DNA from: an uncultured Opitutales bacterium
Lineage (GTDB): Bacteria; Verrucomicrobiota; Verrucomicrobiia; Opitutales; Intestinicryptomonadaceae
Assembly (NCBI GenBank): GCA_934613415.1
Contig: CAKTSY010000002.1
Location: forward strand, 300,001-332,000
Length of the DNA stretch: 32,000 bases
Direction: 5' to 3'
The notes beneath the pieces are model-generated. The model made no database searches, had not been told where the DNA came from, and saw nothing but the letters and a program-made list of their open reading frames with translations. Made by a program: the position numbers and the translations under genes. This document shows positions 17,904 through 27,333 of this stretch, one piece after another (the first letter of the stretch is position 1; the number at the start of each line of letters is the position of its first letter).

Positions 17904-18891
17904 ATATGCCCAAAGACTGCTTGATGATTGCCTGTTCGTCGAGCAATTCCTTGTTCGAGGCTGCAATCTTTTCTTTTGCGTAGTCGTTAAGCTCTATCCC
18001 CTGAACAACAGTCCAGTTTACACCGTCTTCTGTGCGAACGGGCAACGAAGTGATTGCACCCTTGGGGGTGTTGTAGCTGCCGTCGGAGCATACGCATACG
18101 CTGAAGTATTCGCCCTTGGGGGTGGGGGTTATAAGGTGCTTTACGGTTTCTATTGCCGCATTTGCCGCACTTGCCGCGCTCGACAAGCCGCGGGCTGCTA
18201 TAACGGCTGCGCCCCTCTTTTGAACCGTGGGTATAAATGTATCTTTAAACCAGGCTTCGTCGTTGATAACTTCGGTTGCCTTTTTGCCGCCAATAAGGGC
18301 GTTGGTGTAGTCGGGGAACTGCGTGGACGAGTGGTTGCCCCAAATTACCATATTCTTTACTTCGGTAGTGTCTACACCCGCTTTTTGTGCTAGCTGAGCC
18401 TTTGCGCGGTTTTCGTCGAGCATTGTCATTGCAAACCACCTGTTTTCGGGAATCTTAGGCGAGCTGTGTTTGCCAATCCAAGCATTTGTGTTGCAGGGGT
18501 TGCCAACAACCAAAATGCGAACGTCGTCCGCTGCGTTTTCTTCGATAGCTTTGCCTTGGCCTACAAAGATTTTGCCGTTAATGCCGAGCAAGTCACTTCT
18601 TTCCATACCTGCTTTGCGTGGAACGCTACCTACCAACAATGCCCAGTTTACGTCTTTAAAACCTTCGTTCGGGTCGCTTGTGCAGGTTATTTTCTTTAGA
18701 GTGGGAAACGCACAGTCGTCCAACTCCATCTTAACGCCTTCAAGGGCTTTCATTGCGGGGGCGATTTCGATAAGGCTCAATTCTACAGGTTGGTCTTTAC
18801 CGAAAACATCGCCGCAGGCGATTCTGAACAAGAGGGAGTATGCTATCTGACCGGCTGCTCCCGTTACTGCTACTTTAATAGGTTTTTTCAT
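17902..18891 (-). CDS. mdh: Malate dehydrogenase (long, ~329-aa LDH_MDH type)
   Basis: The Rossmann motif is [51 protein letters not shown] and [12 protein letters not shown] are characteristic MDH blocks. Confidence 0.93.
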   Translation of the reverse strand: MKKPIKVAVTGAAGQIAYSLLFRIACGDVFGKDQPVELSLIEIAPAMKALEGVKMELDDCAFPTLKKITCTSDPNEGFKDVNWALLVGSVPRKAGMERSDLLGINGKIFVGQGKAIEENAADDVRILVVGNPCNTNAWIGKHSSPKIPENRWFAMTMLDENRAKAQLAQKAGVDTTEVKNMVIWGNHSSTQFPDYTNALIGGKKATEVINDEAWFKDTFIPTVQKRGAAVIAARGLSSAASAANAAIETVKHLITPTPKGEYFSVCVCSDGSYNTPKGAITSLPVRTEDGVNWTVVQGIELNDYAKEKIAASNKELLDEQAIIKQSLGI

Positions 18892-19338
18892 AATAGTTTT
18901 ATAGTATATAAAATCGATTAAAAGCTTGTTGCTATATTTTTATTCGTACTTTTCTACCACCATTGTTGAAGAATGCAAGCTATAATACGCAATTTTTTTG
19001 CAGTCTAAAATTTTTTAAAAAGGCGTTGCAAAAAATGCCGATTTACATTCCCGAATATTGCCACTTGCGTCAAAGCCTAAAACGAAAAATCTTCATATTT
19101 AAAATTTATCGAAATTATCACTTATTTTGATTGACTTTATTGTTCGGAATTTTTGAATTATGTTAAGTTTGCTGGCATTTATGTGCGGTTTTCTACAAAA
19201 AAGCGCAAAAAAGCGGCAAATTCTCTTATTTATTTCCCCAAAAATAAGATAAGAAAATAAAGGAAGAATAAATAGTCGGAGCGGCATTTTCTCGCGGTTT
19301 CGGCTTAGGAATAACACAACTATATAAATACCAAAAAA

Positions 19339-22137
19339 ATGGCAAAAAAAGTACAGAAAGCTAAGGCGGTAAAGAAGACCGTAAAGAAAACAAACGCAAA
19401 AGCCGGTTTGTCCGCCGCGAAAAAAACAACAAAGAAGGAAAAAAGCGTAAAATATACATACCTATTCGGTAAAAAGACCGACGGAAACGCAAAAATGCGC
19501 AACCTGCTTGGCGGCAAGGGTGCAAACTTGGCGGAAATGGCAAGAATAGGCCTGCCTGTTCCTCCCGGATTTACGATTACAACCGAAGTTTGCACCTACT
19601 ACTACGAAAACGGCAAGAAATACCCGAAGTGTCTGGAATCTATGGTAGACGCAGCTTTGGCTACGGTGGAAAAACAGCTCGGCAAAAAATTTGGCGACAC
19701 AAAAGACCCCCTCTTGTTCTCGGTTCGCTCGGGCGCAAGGGAATCTATGCCGGGTATGATGGACACAATTTTGAATTTGGGGCTTAACGACAAAACCGTT
19801 TTGGGCCTTTCCGAAAAAACCGGAAATCCCCGCTTTGCGTGGGACTGTTACCGCCGCTTCATTCAAATGTACGGCGACGTTGTTATGGGTGTGCAGGCCC
19901 GCACCGAAACCGAGCGCGACCCATTCCACGAAGTTATGGAAGGCGTAAAGAAAGAGGCCAACGTTGTTCTCGACGCCCAGTTGGACGTAAACGACCTTAA
20001 AAAGCTTGTGGAACGCTACAAGGCTTTGATTAAGGAAAGGACAAACTCGAATTTCCCCCAAGACGTTAAAAAGCAGTTGTGGGGCGCAATAGGCGCGGTA
20101 TTCGGTTCGTGGATGAACGAGCGCGCAATTTTGTATCGCCAAAAATACGGCATTCCCTCGAGCTGGGGCACTGCCGTAAACGTGCAGACAATGGTGTTCG
20201 GCAATATGGGCGACACTTCCGCTACAGGGGTTGCCTTTACAAGAGACCCAGCCAACGGCGAAAACGTTTTCTACGGCGAATATCTTATTAACGCGCAGGG
20301 CGAAGACGTTGTTGCGGGTGTGCGTACCCCCAACAAGATTTCGGATATGGCAAAGGATATGCCCGACGCCTACAAGCAGCTTTTGGACATCAGAAGCAAG
20401 CTTGAAAACCACTTTAGGGATATGCAGGACTTCGAATTTACAATCCAAGAATCGAAGCTGTTTATGCTGCAGACCAGAAACGGCAAGCGCACCGGCTTGG
20501 CGGCGGTTCGCATAGCCTACGAAATGAACAAACAAAAGCTTATCGACGAAAAAACGGCGGTTCTTAAAATCCCCGCCGATTCGGTTTCGAGCCTGCTTGT
20601 TCCCGTATTCGACGAAAACGCGCTAAAAAAGGCAAAGCCCGTAGCGTCGGGTTTGCCCGCAGGCCCTGGGGCTGCATGCGGTATGGCGGTTTTCTCGGCG
20701 GCTCGCGCCGAGCTTGAAAACGCAAAGGGCAACAAAACAATTCTCTGCCGCGAAGAAACTTCTCCCGAAGACTTGCGCGGTATGATGGCTTCCCAAGGCA
20801 TTTTAACATCTCGCGGCGGCGTAAGCTCGCACGCGGCGTTGGTTGCGCGCCAAATGGGCAAGGTTTGCATTTGCGGCGCAAGCCAAATACACGTCGACTA
20901 CGAAAAGGCGGCAATGTTTATTGGCGACATTGTAATTAAAGAGGGCGACTATATCTCCATAGACGGTACTTCGGGCAAAGTTTACAACGGCGAAATAGCC
21001 TCGGCCGACAGCGAAGTAAAACGCGTATTAAACGGCAAGCTAGACCCGAAAAAGAGCTACACATACAAACTCTTTAGCACCGTAATGAAATGGGCCGACA
21101 AATACCGCAAGTTGGGCGTTCGCGCCAATGCCGACAGCCCCGTACAGGCTAAGCTTGCACTGCAGTTGGGAGCCACTGGCATAGGTTTGTGCCGCACCGA
21201 ACACATGTTCTTTGAAGGCGACAGAATAGACTATATGCGCAGAATGATTTTGGCCACAACAACAGCCGAACGCGAAGAAGCTCTCGATAAATTGTTGCCA
21301 ATGCAGCGCAAAGACTTTGAAGGCATTTTCAAGGAAATGCGCGGGTTCCCGGTAACAATCCGTTTGCTAGACCCGCCGCTTCACGAATTCTTGCCGCACG
21401 ACAGCGCGTCTATAAACGCCTTGGCCGAAAAATTCGGCATGAAAACCGACGTTGTTGTAGAACGCATTAAGTCGCTAAGCGAACAAAACCCGATGTTGGG
21501 TCACCGCGGTTGCCGCTTGGGCAATACATATCCCGAAATAACAAAAATGCAGGCGCGCGCAATTTTCGAAGCCGCCGCAAATGTTATGAAGGCGAGCAAG
21601 GGCAAAAAGATTGTCCCCGAAGTTATGGTTCCCCTTGTTGGCTTCGAGCAGGAACTAAAATTCCAAATAGGCCTTATAAACGATGTTGCAACCGCAGTTA
21701 TGAAGGAAAAGAAAATCAAGTTCGACTATATGGTCGGCACTATGATTGAAATTCCCCGAGGCGCGCTAACTGCCGACAAAATCGCAAAATACGCGCAGTT
21801 CTTCTCGTTCGGCACAAACGACCTAACCCAAACGGGCTTGGGTATGAGCCGCGACGACGCAGGCAGCTTTTTGGGCAGATACAAGGAATTGGACATTCTG
21901 CCTAAGAACCCCTTTGCAAGCATAGACGTTGAAGGCGTAGGCCAGTTGGTTGAAATGGGCGTAAAGCGTGGCAGAGCAACAAACCCGAACCTTAAGTTGG
22001 GCGTTTGCGGCGAGCACGGCGGCGACCCCGATTCGATAAAGTTCTTCCACAAAGTGGGGCTAACCTATGTAAGCTGCTCCGCCCCCAGAGTTCCCGTTGC
22101 GCGCTTGGCTGCGGCTCAGGCGGCATTGTCGGAATAG
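19339..22137 (+). CDS. ppdK: Pyruvate, phosphate dikinase with a Lys-rich N-terminal extension
   Basis: The PPDK core begins at KYTYLFG...[15 protein letters not shown]. The phosphohistidine region is [19 protein letters not shown]. The PEP/pyruvate domain has [33 protein letters not shown] and [10 protein letters not shown]. 932 aa. Confidence 0.95.
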   Translation: MAKKVQKAKAVKKTVKKTNAKAGLSAAKKTTKKEKSVKYTYLFGKKTDGNAKMRNLLGGKGANLAEMARIGLPVPPGFTITTEVCTYYYENGKKYPKCLESMVDAALATVEKQLGKKFGDTKDPLLFSVRSGARESMPGMMDTILNLGLNDKTVLGLSEKTGNPRFAWDCYRRFIQMYGDVVMGVQARTETERDPFHEVMEGVKKEANVVLDAQLDVNDLKKLVERYKALIKERTNSNFPQDVKKQLWGAIGAVFGSWMNERAILYRQKYGIPSSWGTAVNVQTMVFGNMGDTSATGVAFTRDPANGENVFYGEYLINAQGEDVVAGVRTPNKISDMAKDMPDAYKQLLDIRSKLENHFRDMQDFEFTIQESKLFMLQTRNGKRTGLAAVRIAYEMNKQKLIDEKTAVLKIPADSVSSLLVPVFDENALKKAKPVASGLPAGPGAACGMAVFSAARAELENAKGNKTILCREETSPEDLRGMMASQGILTSRGGVSSHAALVARQMGKVCICGASQIHVDYEKAAMFIGDIVIKEGDYISIDGTSGKVYNGEIASADSEVKRVLNGKLDPKKSYTYKLFSTVMKWADKYRKLGVRANADSPVQAKLALQLGATGIGLCRTEHMFFEGDRIDYMRRMILATTTAEREEALDKLLPMQRKDFEGIFKEMRGFPVTIRLLDPPLHEFLPHDSASINALAEKFGMKTDVVVERIKSLSEQNPMLGHRGCRLGNTYPEITKMQARAIFEAAANVMKASKGKKIVPEVMVPLVGFEQELKFQIGLINDVATAVMKEKKIKFDYMVGTMIEIPRGALTADKIAKYAQFFSFGTNDLTQTGLGMSRDDAGSFLGRYKELDILPKNPFASIDVEGVGQLVEMGVKRGRATNPNLKLGVCGEHGGDPDSIKFFHKVGLTYVSCSAPRVPVARLAAAQAALSE

Positions 22138-22164
22138 CTTTTAAAATAAGGGCAATTAAAAACA

Positions 22165-22197
22165 AAAACCTCCGAAGTTTTTTTCGGAGGTTTTTTG
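22165..22197. terminator. Bidirectional intrinsic terminator between convergent ppdK and the MFS gene
   Basis: AAAACCTCCGAA (22165-22176) pairs with TTCGGAGGTTTT (22183-22194). It has an A-run upstream and a T-run downstream. Confidence 0.8.
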
Positions 22198-22234
22198 CGT
22201 TTTATGTGTTGGCTTAAAAATTTTTTTATTTTGT

Positions 22235-23452
22235 TTATCGGGGCTTGTTAAGAGATTTTTCCTTCATTGCCTTTATGGTTCTAACTTTCGGCAAAAAGTA
22301 GGCTACAATGCCCAACAGCGGCAAAAAGGCGCATATCGAATACACAAATTCTATGCCGTATACGTCGGCAATTTTGCCCAGCGTGGCCGAGGCAATGCCC
22401 GCCATACCGAACGAAAACCCGAAAAATATTCCAGAAACAAGACCTACTTTGTGCGGCATTAGCTCTTGCGCGTAAACTAATATTGCCGAGAATGCCGACG
22501 ACATTATAAAGCCTATTATTGCGCTTAAAACTATGGTGCACTCGAAACCTGCATAGGGCATTAAAAGCGCAAAGGGTGCCGACCCCAAAATAGACCACCA
22601 TATTACCAAGCGCCGACCGTATTTGTCGCCCAAAGGCCCGCCTATAAGCGTGCCCAAAGCCGCCGAAAACAAAAATACAAAAAGAAGCGTTTGCGCCGTT
22701 TGCACGCTTGCCGAAAACTTGTGCATTAAGTAAAAAGTGTAGTAGCTTGAAATGCTCGAGGTGTAGAAGTTTTTTGAAAACACCAAAAACATTAAAAGCG
22801 AAATTATGAAAATTACCGTGCGCTTTGGCAAAGTTGCCTGCGGCGTTTGTTGCGCGCCCGTTTCGGCGGCCTGCACATTTTGTTTTATGCGGCGGTAATA
22901 CCACCTGCAGGCTGGCAGCATTGCAAACAAAGCCACAATGCCCAACAGCGCAAACTTTATCATTCCCGACTGCGTTCTTAAAAACATTGCCGCCAAAAGC
23001 GGGCCAAGCGCATAGCCCGTAGAGCCGCCCACCTGGAATATGGATTGGGCCAAGCCCCTTTTGCCGCCCGAGGCAAACGAGGTAATTTTAGAAGCCTCGG
23101 GGTGTATTACCGACGAGCCTATGCCCGAAAAGAAAACCGACGCCATTAAACAGTATACATTAGGCGAAAGCGATATGCCCGCAATGCCAATCATTGTGCT
23201 GCACATGCCAAAAGGCAAAAACAGCGCGCTCGGCTTTTTGTCCATAATGTAGCCGAAAATTGGCTGCATTATAGACGACGAAATTTGGTATGTAAAAATA
23301 ACCATACCCACTTGCGCATAGCTTAACGCCATTTCGCTTTTTATGACGGGGTACATTGCCGAAATTACCGACTGTATAGAGTCGTTAAACCCGTGCGCCA
23401 TCGAAAGCGATACGAGAATCGAAAACATAAATGCGCTATTTTTCTTTTGCAT
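22235..23452 (-). CDS. MFS transporter
   Basis: 405 aa with about 12 predicted TM helices. It has an MFS-like loop motif (GPLGDKYGRR). ATG start at 23450-23452. Confidence 0.8.
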   Translation of the reverse strand: MQKKNSAFMFSILVSLSMAHGFNDSIQSVISAMYPVIKSEMALSYAQVGMVIFTYQISSSIMQPIFGYIMDKKPSALFLPFGMCSTMIGIAGISLSPNVYCLMASVFFSGIGSSVIHPEASKITSFASGGKRGLAQSIFQVGGSTGYALGPLLAAMFLRTQSGMIKFALLGIVALFAMLPACRWYYRRIKQNVQAAETGAQQTPQATLPKRTVIFIISLLMFLVFSKNFYTSSISSYYTFYLMHKFSASVQTAQTLLFVFLFSAALGTLIGGPLGDKYGRRLVIWWSILGSAPFALLMPYAGFECTIVLSAIIGFIMSSAFSAILVYAQELMPHKVGLVSGIFFGFSFGMAGIASATLGKIADVYGIEFVYSICAFLPLLGIVAYFLPKVRTIKAMKEKSLNKPR

Positions 23453-23618
23453 ATTCTATACGCGGTTTAACCCTATTTTTTTATAAATCAAGCATTTTTA
23501 TTTTTGTAGCAACATTCGGCTTATATAATGCGCAAAAGGTATGTTTTTTTGGAATATAAAATTTTTAAAATTTTCTTGAATCTATATACTATAGATGTTA
23601 AATGTTTTACTTAAAATT

Positions 23619-24854
23619 ATGAAACTCTTATTTAAAGTGTCAATAGTACTAATACTAACTTCGTTTTTCGGTATCTTAAACGCCGAAACAATGAAAAGCA
23701 TTCAAGACTACGGGGTGTTGCCCACCAACAGCCCAGAAGTTAACCGCGACAACCTGCAAAAGGCAATAGACGAAGCTTCGAAACGCGGTGGGGCTTTGTT
23801 TGTGCCGCCAGTGGGCAGGGGCTACCCAATGGCAAGCGGCATTGTTTTAAAGCACAACGTGTCTTTAATTGGCATAAACGGGCCTTTGGGCAGGGGTTCT
23901 ATTGCAAAGTTCGACGAACACCCCATGTATGATCCCGCAAGCTCGGCATTCAGAATAATGGACGCCGAAAAACCGTTTATTACAATTCAAAGCTACACAA
24001 AAATAAAGGGCATACAGTTCTACTATCCGAAACAGGGGTGGACGCCAGATAAGGTAATAAAGTATCCGCCCACAATTCAGCAGGACACTTTTGCCCTTTC
24101 GGTAACCTTGCAGGAATTGTCGTTTTGGGGCGAATATATTGCAATGAATTTTGCCGACACAAAGGGCACTTGCGAGCAGGTGCTAATAGAGCACTGCTAT
24201 GGCTACCCCCTAAGCGGCGAGTTTATACGTATAGGCAACTGCTCAGACATAAACCGCATTTTGCACTGCCATGTAAACCCCGGAACAATGAGGGCTTTTA
24301 GGGGCGACTATATGCGAAAGGGCATGGTAGACTATGTCGTAAACCAGAAAAAATACGCCGTTTGGATAGGCAGGGGCGACAATATCGTTATAATGGATTT
24401 GCACGTTTTTGGCGCATATGGAGCCTGCTACTTTAGCAAAAGAAGCTACGGACAGCTTACAAACTTTAGCTTCGACTGCGTTGTAAACGGCATATACAAA
24501 AGCGGTCGCGACCAAAAGCAGCACCAGTGGATGATTTCGCAAGGCTCTATAATTGCAAACGCAGGCTCAAATATCGACGAAGTTTGGCCGATTATTATAG
24601 AGGGCAAAGGGCATACCGCCATTACCAATGTAGAAGCCTTTTCGGGCGGCCACAGCGCCCTTGTAAACGTGGGGGCTTCGAAAGGCTTTTTGCTTGTAAA
24701 GGGCAAAGACCCCTTAACGGTTTCGATGTACGGCTGCAGAATGTATAACTATACAGACAAAGAGCCCATTCAGGTTTTAAACCGCAAGGCAAGCCTTAGG
24801 GCAAAAGATTGCGTAGGCAAAGATTTGCAGTTTTTTGATTTGGAAATAAACTAA
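23619..24854 (+). CDS. Secreted right-handed beta-helix protein (pectate-lyase-superfamily / GH28- or GH55-like fold)
   Basis: Signal peptide MKLLFKVSIVLILTSFFGILNA (alternative ATG at 23595). The N-terminal block IQDYGV...NRDNLQKAIDEASKRGGALFVPP resembles the DFGAxGDG...AIQxAID...GGxVxxPxG signature of Pectate_lyase_3-type proteins. The gene lies 16 nt upstream of the GH2 gene. Confidence 0.45.
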   Translation: MKLLFKVSIVLILTSFFGILNAETMKSIQDYGVLPTNSPEVNRDNLQKAIDEASKRGGALFVPPVGRGYPMASGIVLKHNVSLIGINGPLGRGSIAKFDEHPMYDPASSAFRIMDAEKPFITIQSYTKIKGIQFYYPKQGWTPDKVIKYPPTIQQDTFALSVTLQELSFWGEYIAMNFADTKGTCEQVLIEHCYGYPLSGEFIRIGNCSDINRILHCHVNPGTMRAFRGDYMRKGMVDYVVNQKKYAVWIGRGDNIVIMDLHVFGAYGACYFSKRSYGQLTNFSFDCVVNGIYKSGRDQKQHQWMISQGSIIANAGSNIDEVWPIIIEGKGHTAITNVEAFSGGHSALVNVGASKGFLLVKGKDPLTVSMYGCRMYNYTDKEPIQVLNRKASLRAKDCVGKDLQFFDLEIN

Positions 24855-24870
24855 AAATTATGATAACAAT

Positions 24871-26712
24871 ATGATGAAGAAAGTTGCAATTGTAGCTTGG
24901 GCGCTTTTTGCCGTAGTTAATTTTGCTTTAGCGCAATACAGTGCAAAGGGAGACAAAATTAAAACCACTTGGGGGGAAAATATAACCGCAGAAAATGTGT
25001 GGGGCGAATACCCGCGCCCGCAAATGACAAGGGGGCAGATAGACAAAAAAGACGCCGTTTGGAAAAACCTTAACGGCTTGTGGGATTATTCTATTTGCGC
25101 AAAAAACCAGCCCAAGCCCGAAAAGGCCGACGGCAAAATTTTGGTGCCCTTTGCGGTAGAATCGTCGCTTTCGGGCGTAATGAAGCTGCTAGACGACAAA
25201 AGCGCGCTTTGGTATGAAAGGGAATTTTCCGTTCCCGAAAACTGGAAACAGGGCAGGGTGCTTTTGCATTTCGGCGCGGTAGACTGGCAGGCCGAAGTTT
25301 TTGTAAATTCGGTAAAAGTGGGCGAACATACCGGCGGCTATGCCCCCTTTAATTTCGACATTACCGAAGCGTTAAAAGATGGCAAAAACACGCTAACAGT
25401 TAAGGTGCTAGACCCAACCGACAAGGCTTTGCAGCCGCGCGGCAAGCAGGCGTGCGAGCCTAAAACCATTTGGTATACCCGCGTAAGCGGCATTTGGCAA
25501 ACTGTATGGCTTGAAAACGTGCCCACGGTTTTCGTAAAAAATTTGAAAATCGTTCCCGATTTCGACAACAATTCGTTTAAGATTACAACCACCGCAAACG
25601 AGTTGGTAAAAGTTAGCGCCACAGTTTACGACGGCAGGGAAATTGCGGGCAAAGCACAGGGCGTTTCGGGCGAGCCGTTTTCGGTTAAATTGGCCGGCAA
25701 GGCAAAAGCGTGGTCGCCAAACAATCCGTTTTTATACGATATTAAAGTTGAAATTTCGTCTCTTAAAAACGGCAAAGTTTTAGATACGGTAAACGGATAT
25801 TCTGCTATGCGCAAAATTTCCATGGCAGTTTCTAAAGACGGTTGGAAAAGAATTTTGCTGAACAATAAGGAAATTTTCCAAATAGGCACGCTAGACCAGG
25901 GTTGGTGGCCCGACGGCTTGTATACGCCGCCCTCCGACGAAGCGATGAAGTTCGACATAGTAAAAACAAAAGAGCTTGGCTTTAATATGATAAGAAAACA
26001 TATTAAGGTTGAGCCCGCCCGCTGGTATTGGCATTGCGACAAGCTTGGTATGCTTGTCTGGCAGGATATGCCCAGCCTTGGCAATGGTCCAAAATGGAGC
26101 CAAGCCGAATTTGCAAGCGACGAACCCAACTTTATAGACGGCAAAGCGCGAGCAAACTACCGCAAAGAGTGGCGCGAAGTTATGGATACTTTATATTCTT
26201 TCCCCTGCATAGTTATGTGGGTGCCCTTTAACGAAGCTTGGGGGCAGTTCGATACAAAGGAAATTGCCGAATGGACAAAGTCTATGGACGATTCGAGACT
26301 TGTTAATGCGGCAAGCGGCGGCAACTATGTGCGTTGCGGCGACATTCACGACATTCACCACTACCCGCAGCCGGGGACGCACAATATAATAGACTTGGCG
26401 CGTGTAAATGTTGTGGGCGAATACGGCGGCATTGGCATGGTAAAAGAAGGGCACTTGTGGCTTACAGGCAAAAAAAACTGGGGCTATATAACAAAGAACG
26501 ACGCCGAAACGGTTTCAGACTTGTATGTAGACTATGCCAACCAACTTTTGGGGCTTTCAAACAAGGGCATTTGTGCGGGCGTTTACACCCAAACAACCGA
26601 TGTAGAGGGCGAAGTAAACGGCCTTATTACCTACGACCGCAAAGTTATTAAAGTTAACCCAGAAAAAATCCGCAAAGCCAACCAAAAGCTTATAGATTCT
26701 TTGGGCAAATAA
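24871..26712 (+). CDS. Glycoside hydrolase family 2 (beta-galactosidase / beta-glucuronidase-like), secreted
   Basis: It has a signal peptide. The GH2 sugar-binding domain block is ALWYEREFSVPENWKQGRVLLHFGAVDWQAEVFVNSVKVGEHTGGYAPFNFDIT. The TIM-barrel block is FNMIRKHIKVEPARWYWHCDKLGMLVWQDMP, with acid/base WVPFNEAWGQ. Confidence 0.85.
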   Translation: MMKKVAIVAWALFAVVNFALAQYSAKGDKIKTTWGENITAENVWGEYPRPQMTRGQIDKKDAVWKNLNGLWDYSICAKNQPKPEKADGKILVPFAVESSLSGVMKLLDDKSALWYEREFSVPENWKQGRVLLHFGAVDWQAEVFVNSVKVGEHTGGYAPFNFDITEALKDGKNTLTVKVLDPTDKALQPRGKQACEPKTIWYTRVSGIWQTVWLENVPTVFVKNLKIVPDFDNNSFKITTTANELVKVSATVYDGREIAGKAQGVSGEPFSVKLAGKAKAWSPNNPFLYDIKVEISSLKNGKVLDTVNGYSAMRKISMAVSKDGWKRILLNNKEIFQIGTLDQGWWPDGLYTPPSDEAMKFDIVKTKELGFNMIRKHIKVEPARWYWHCDKLGMLVWQDMPSLGNGPKWSQAEFASDEPNFIDGKARANYRKEWREVMDTLYSFPCIVMWVPFNEAWGQFDTKEIAEWTKSMDDSRLVNAASGGNYVRCGDIHDIHHYPQPGTHNIIDLARVNVVGEYGGIGMVKEGHLWLTGKKNWGYITKNDAETVSDLYVDYANQLLGLSNKGICAGVYTQTTDVEGEVNGLITYDRKVIKVNPEKIRKANQKLIDSLGK

Positions 26713-26737
26713 ATTAAACGCCAAAGTTTATTTTAAA

Positions 26738-26770
26738 ACCGCGTGGCAAAAAAGCCCGCGGTGTTTTTTT
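26738..26770 (+). terminator. Weak intrinsic terminator after the GH2 gene
   Basis: ACCGCG (26738-26743) pairs with CGCGGT (26757-26762) around a 13-nt loop and is followed by T8. The short stem keeps confidence modest. Confidence 0.45.
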
Positions 26771-26951
26771 TGTAAAATGCTGCTTTAGCTAAAAATTTTA
26801 CAGCCTCATTTTTGGCTATATTAAAAAGCTGCCTAGTAATGCGCTATTCGCAATTTGTTTTTAGTGGTTTTGCCTTGCATTCTTCGCGCATTTTCAATTA
26901 TTGAAGTTTATATATTTTGCATTAAATCCGCGTAAACATGTGTCTATGCTA

Positions 26952-27124
26952 TTGCGTTCGTTTGCCTGATTTTGCAGAATAAAATTTGCGCTGAAAACTC
27001 GCATTCGCTTTGCAATGTTTTGGTGTAGGCTTTGCTTGGCTTTTTGTTCGTGGCATAAACGCGGCAGCCATTTGGGTAAACATCTTGCGCCATATGTTTT
27101 TCAAAAGCTTGCTTTGTAATTTGC
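26952..27124 (+). repeat. Diverged copy (A) of the ~190-bp hairpin-rich repeat that also interrupts the ISL3 transposase
   Basis: Hand alignment to 28478-28670 is collinear. Shared blocks are TTGC.(N)TCG.T.GC.TG, TTTTGC-N5-AAAAT..GCGC, AACTCGCATT (10/10), GGGTAAA and CAAAAGCTT.CTTTG.AA.TT, with similar spacing (44/47, 78/91 and 28/29 nt). Confidence 0.6.
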
Positions 27125-27256
27125 CTGCAAAAAGACAGTGAAAAATTTGCTATAGGGAAATCCCTTTTATAAAAAACAAAAAAATATGCAAAAAAGTTAA
27201 ATATTTTGTTTGACAAGCAAAGCGATATATGCAGACTTAAGGGCTTTAAATCAAGT

Positions 27257-27333
27257 GGGGTGGTAGTTCAGTTGGTTAGAACGCCTGCCTGTCACGCAGG
27301 AGGTCGCGAGTTCGAGTCTCGTCCATCCCGCCA
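27257..27333 (+). tRNA. tRNA-Asp (anticodon GTC), CCA encoded
   Basis: Manual cloverleaf. Acceptor GGGGTGG/CCATCCC has one G-T pair. D arm is GTTC-AGTTGGTTA-GAAC. Anticodon arm is CCTGC-CTGTCAC-GCAGG. Variable loop is AGGTC. T arm is GCGAG-TTCGAGT-CTCGT. Discriminator G is followed by CCA. 77 nt. Confidence 0.95.

Noticed and set aside
19099-19317. 72-aa ORF in the mdh-ppdK intergenic region
   Set aside because: Its sequence is low-complexity, AT-driven and rich in F, I, L and K. It is more plausibly promoter or leader DNA.
19462-20535. 357-aa ORF antisense to ppdK
   Set aside because: It lies entirely within, and antisense to, the strongly conserved PPDK coding sequence. The translation is rich in C, H, F, R, V and N with no recognisable motifs. 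Long antisense open frames are a known by-product of codon bias.
22281-22904. 207-aa ORF in an alternative frame on the same strand as the MFS transporter
   Set aside because: It is fully nested in the MFS gene, whose 12-TM pattern explains the region. The nested translation is R/G/A/N-rich junk.
26944-27216. 90-aa ORF upstream of tRNA-Asp
   Set aside because: Most of it is the reverse strand of the diverged repeat copy A (26952-27124). The apparent protein similarity to the ORF at 28438-28662 is just the shared repeat DNA.
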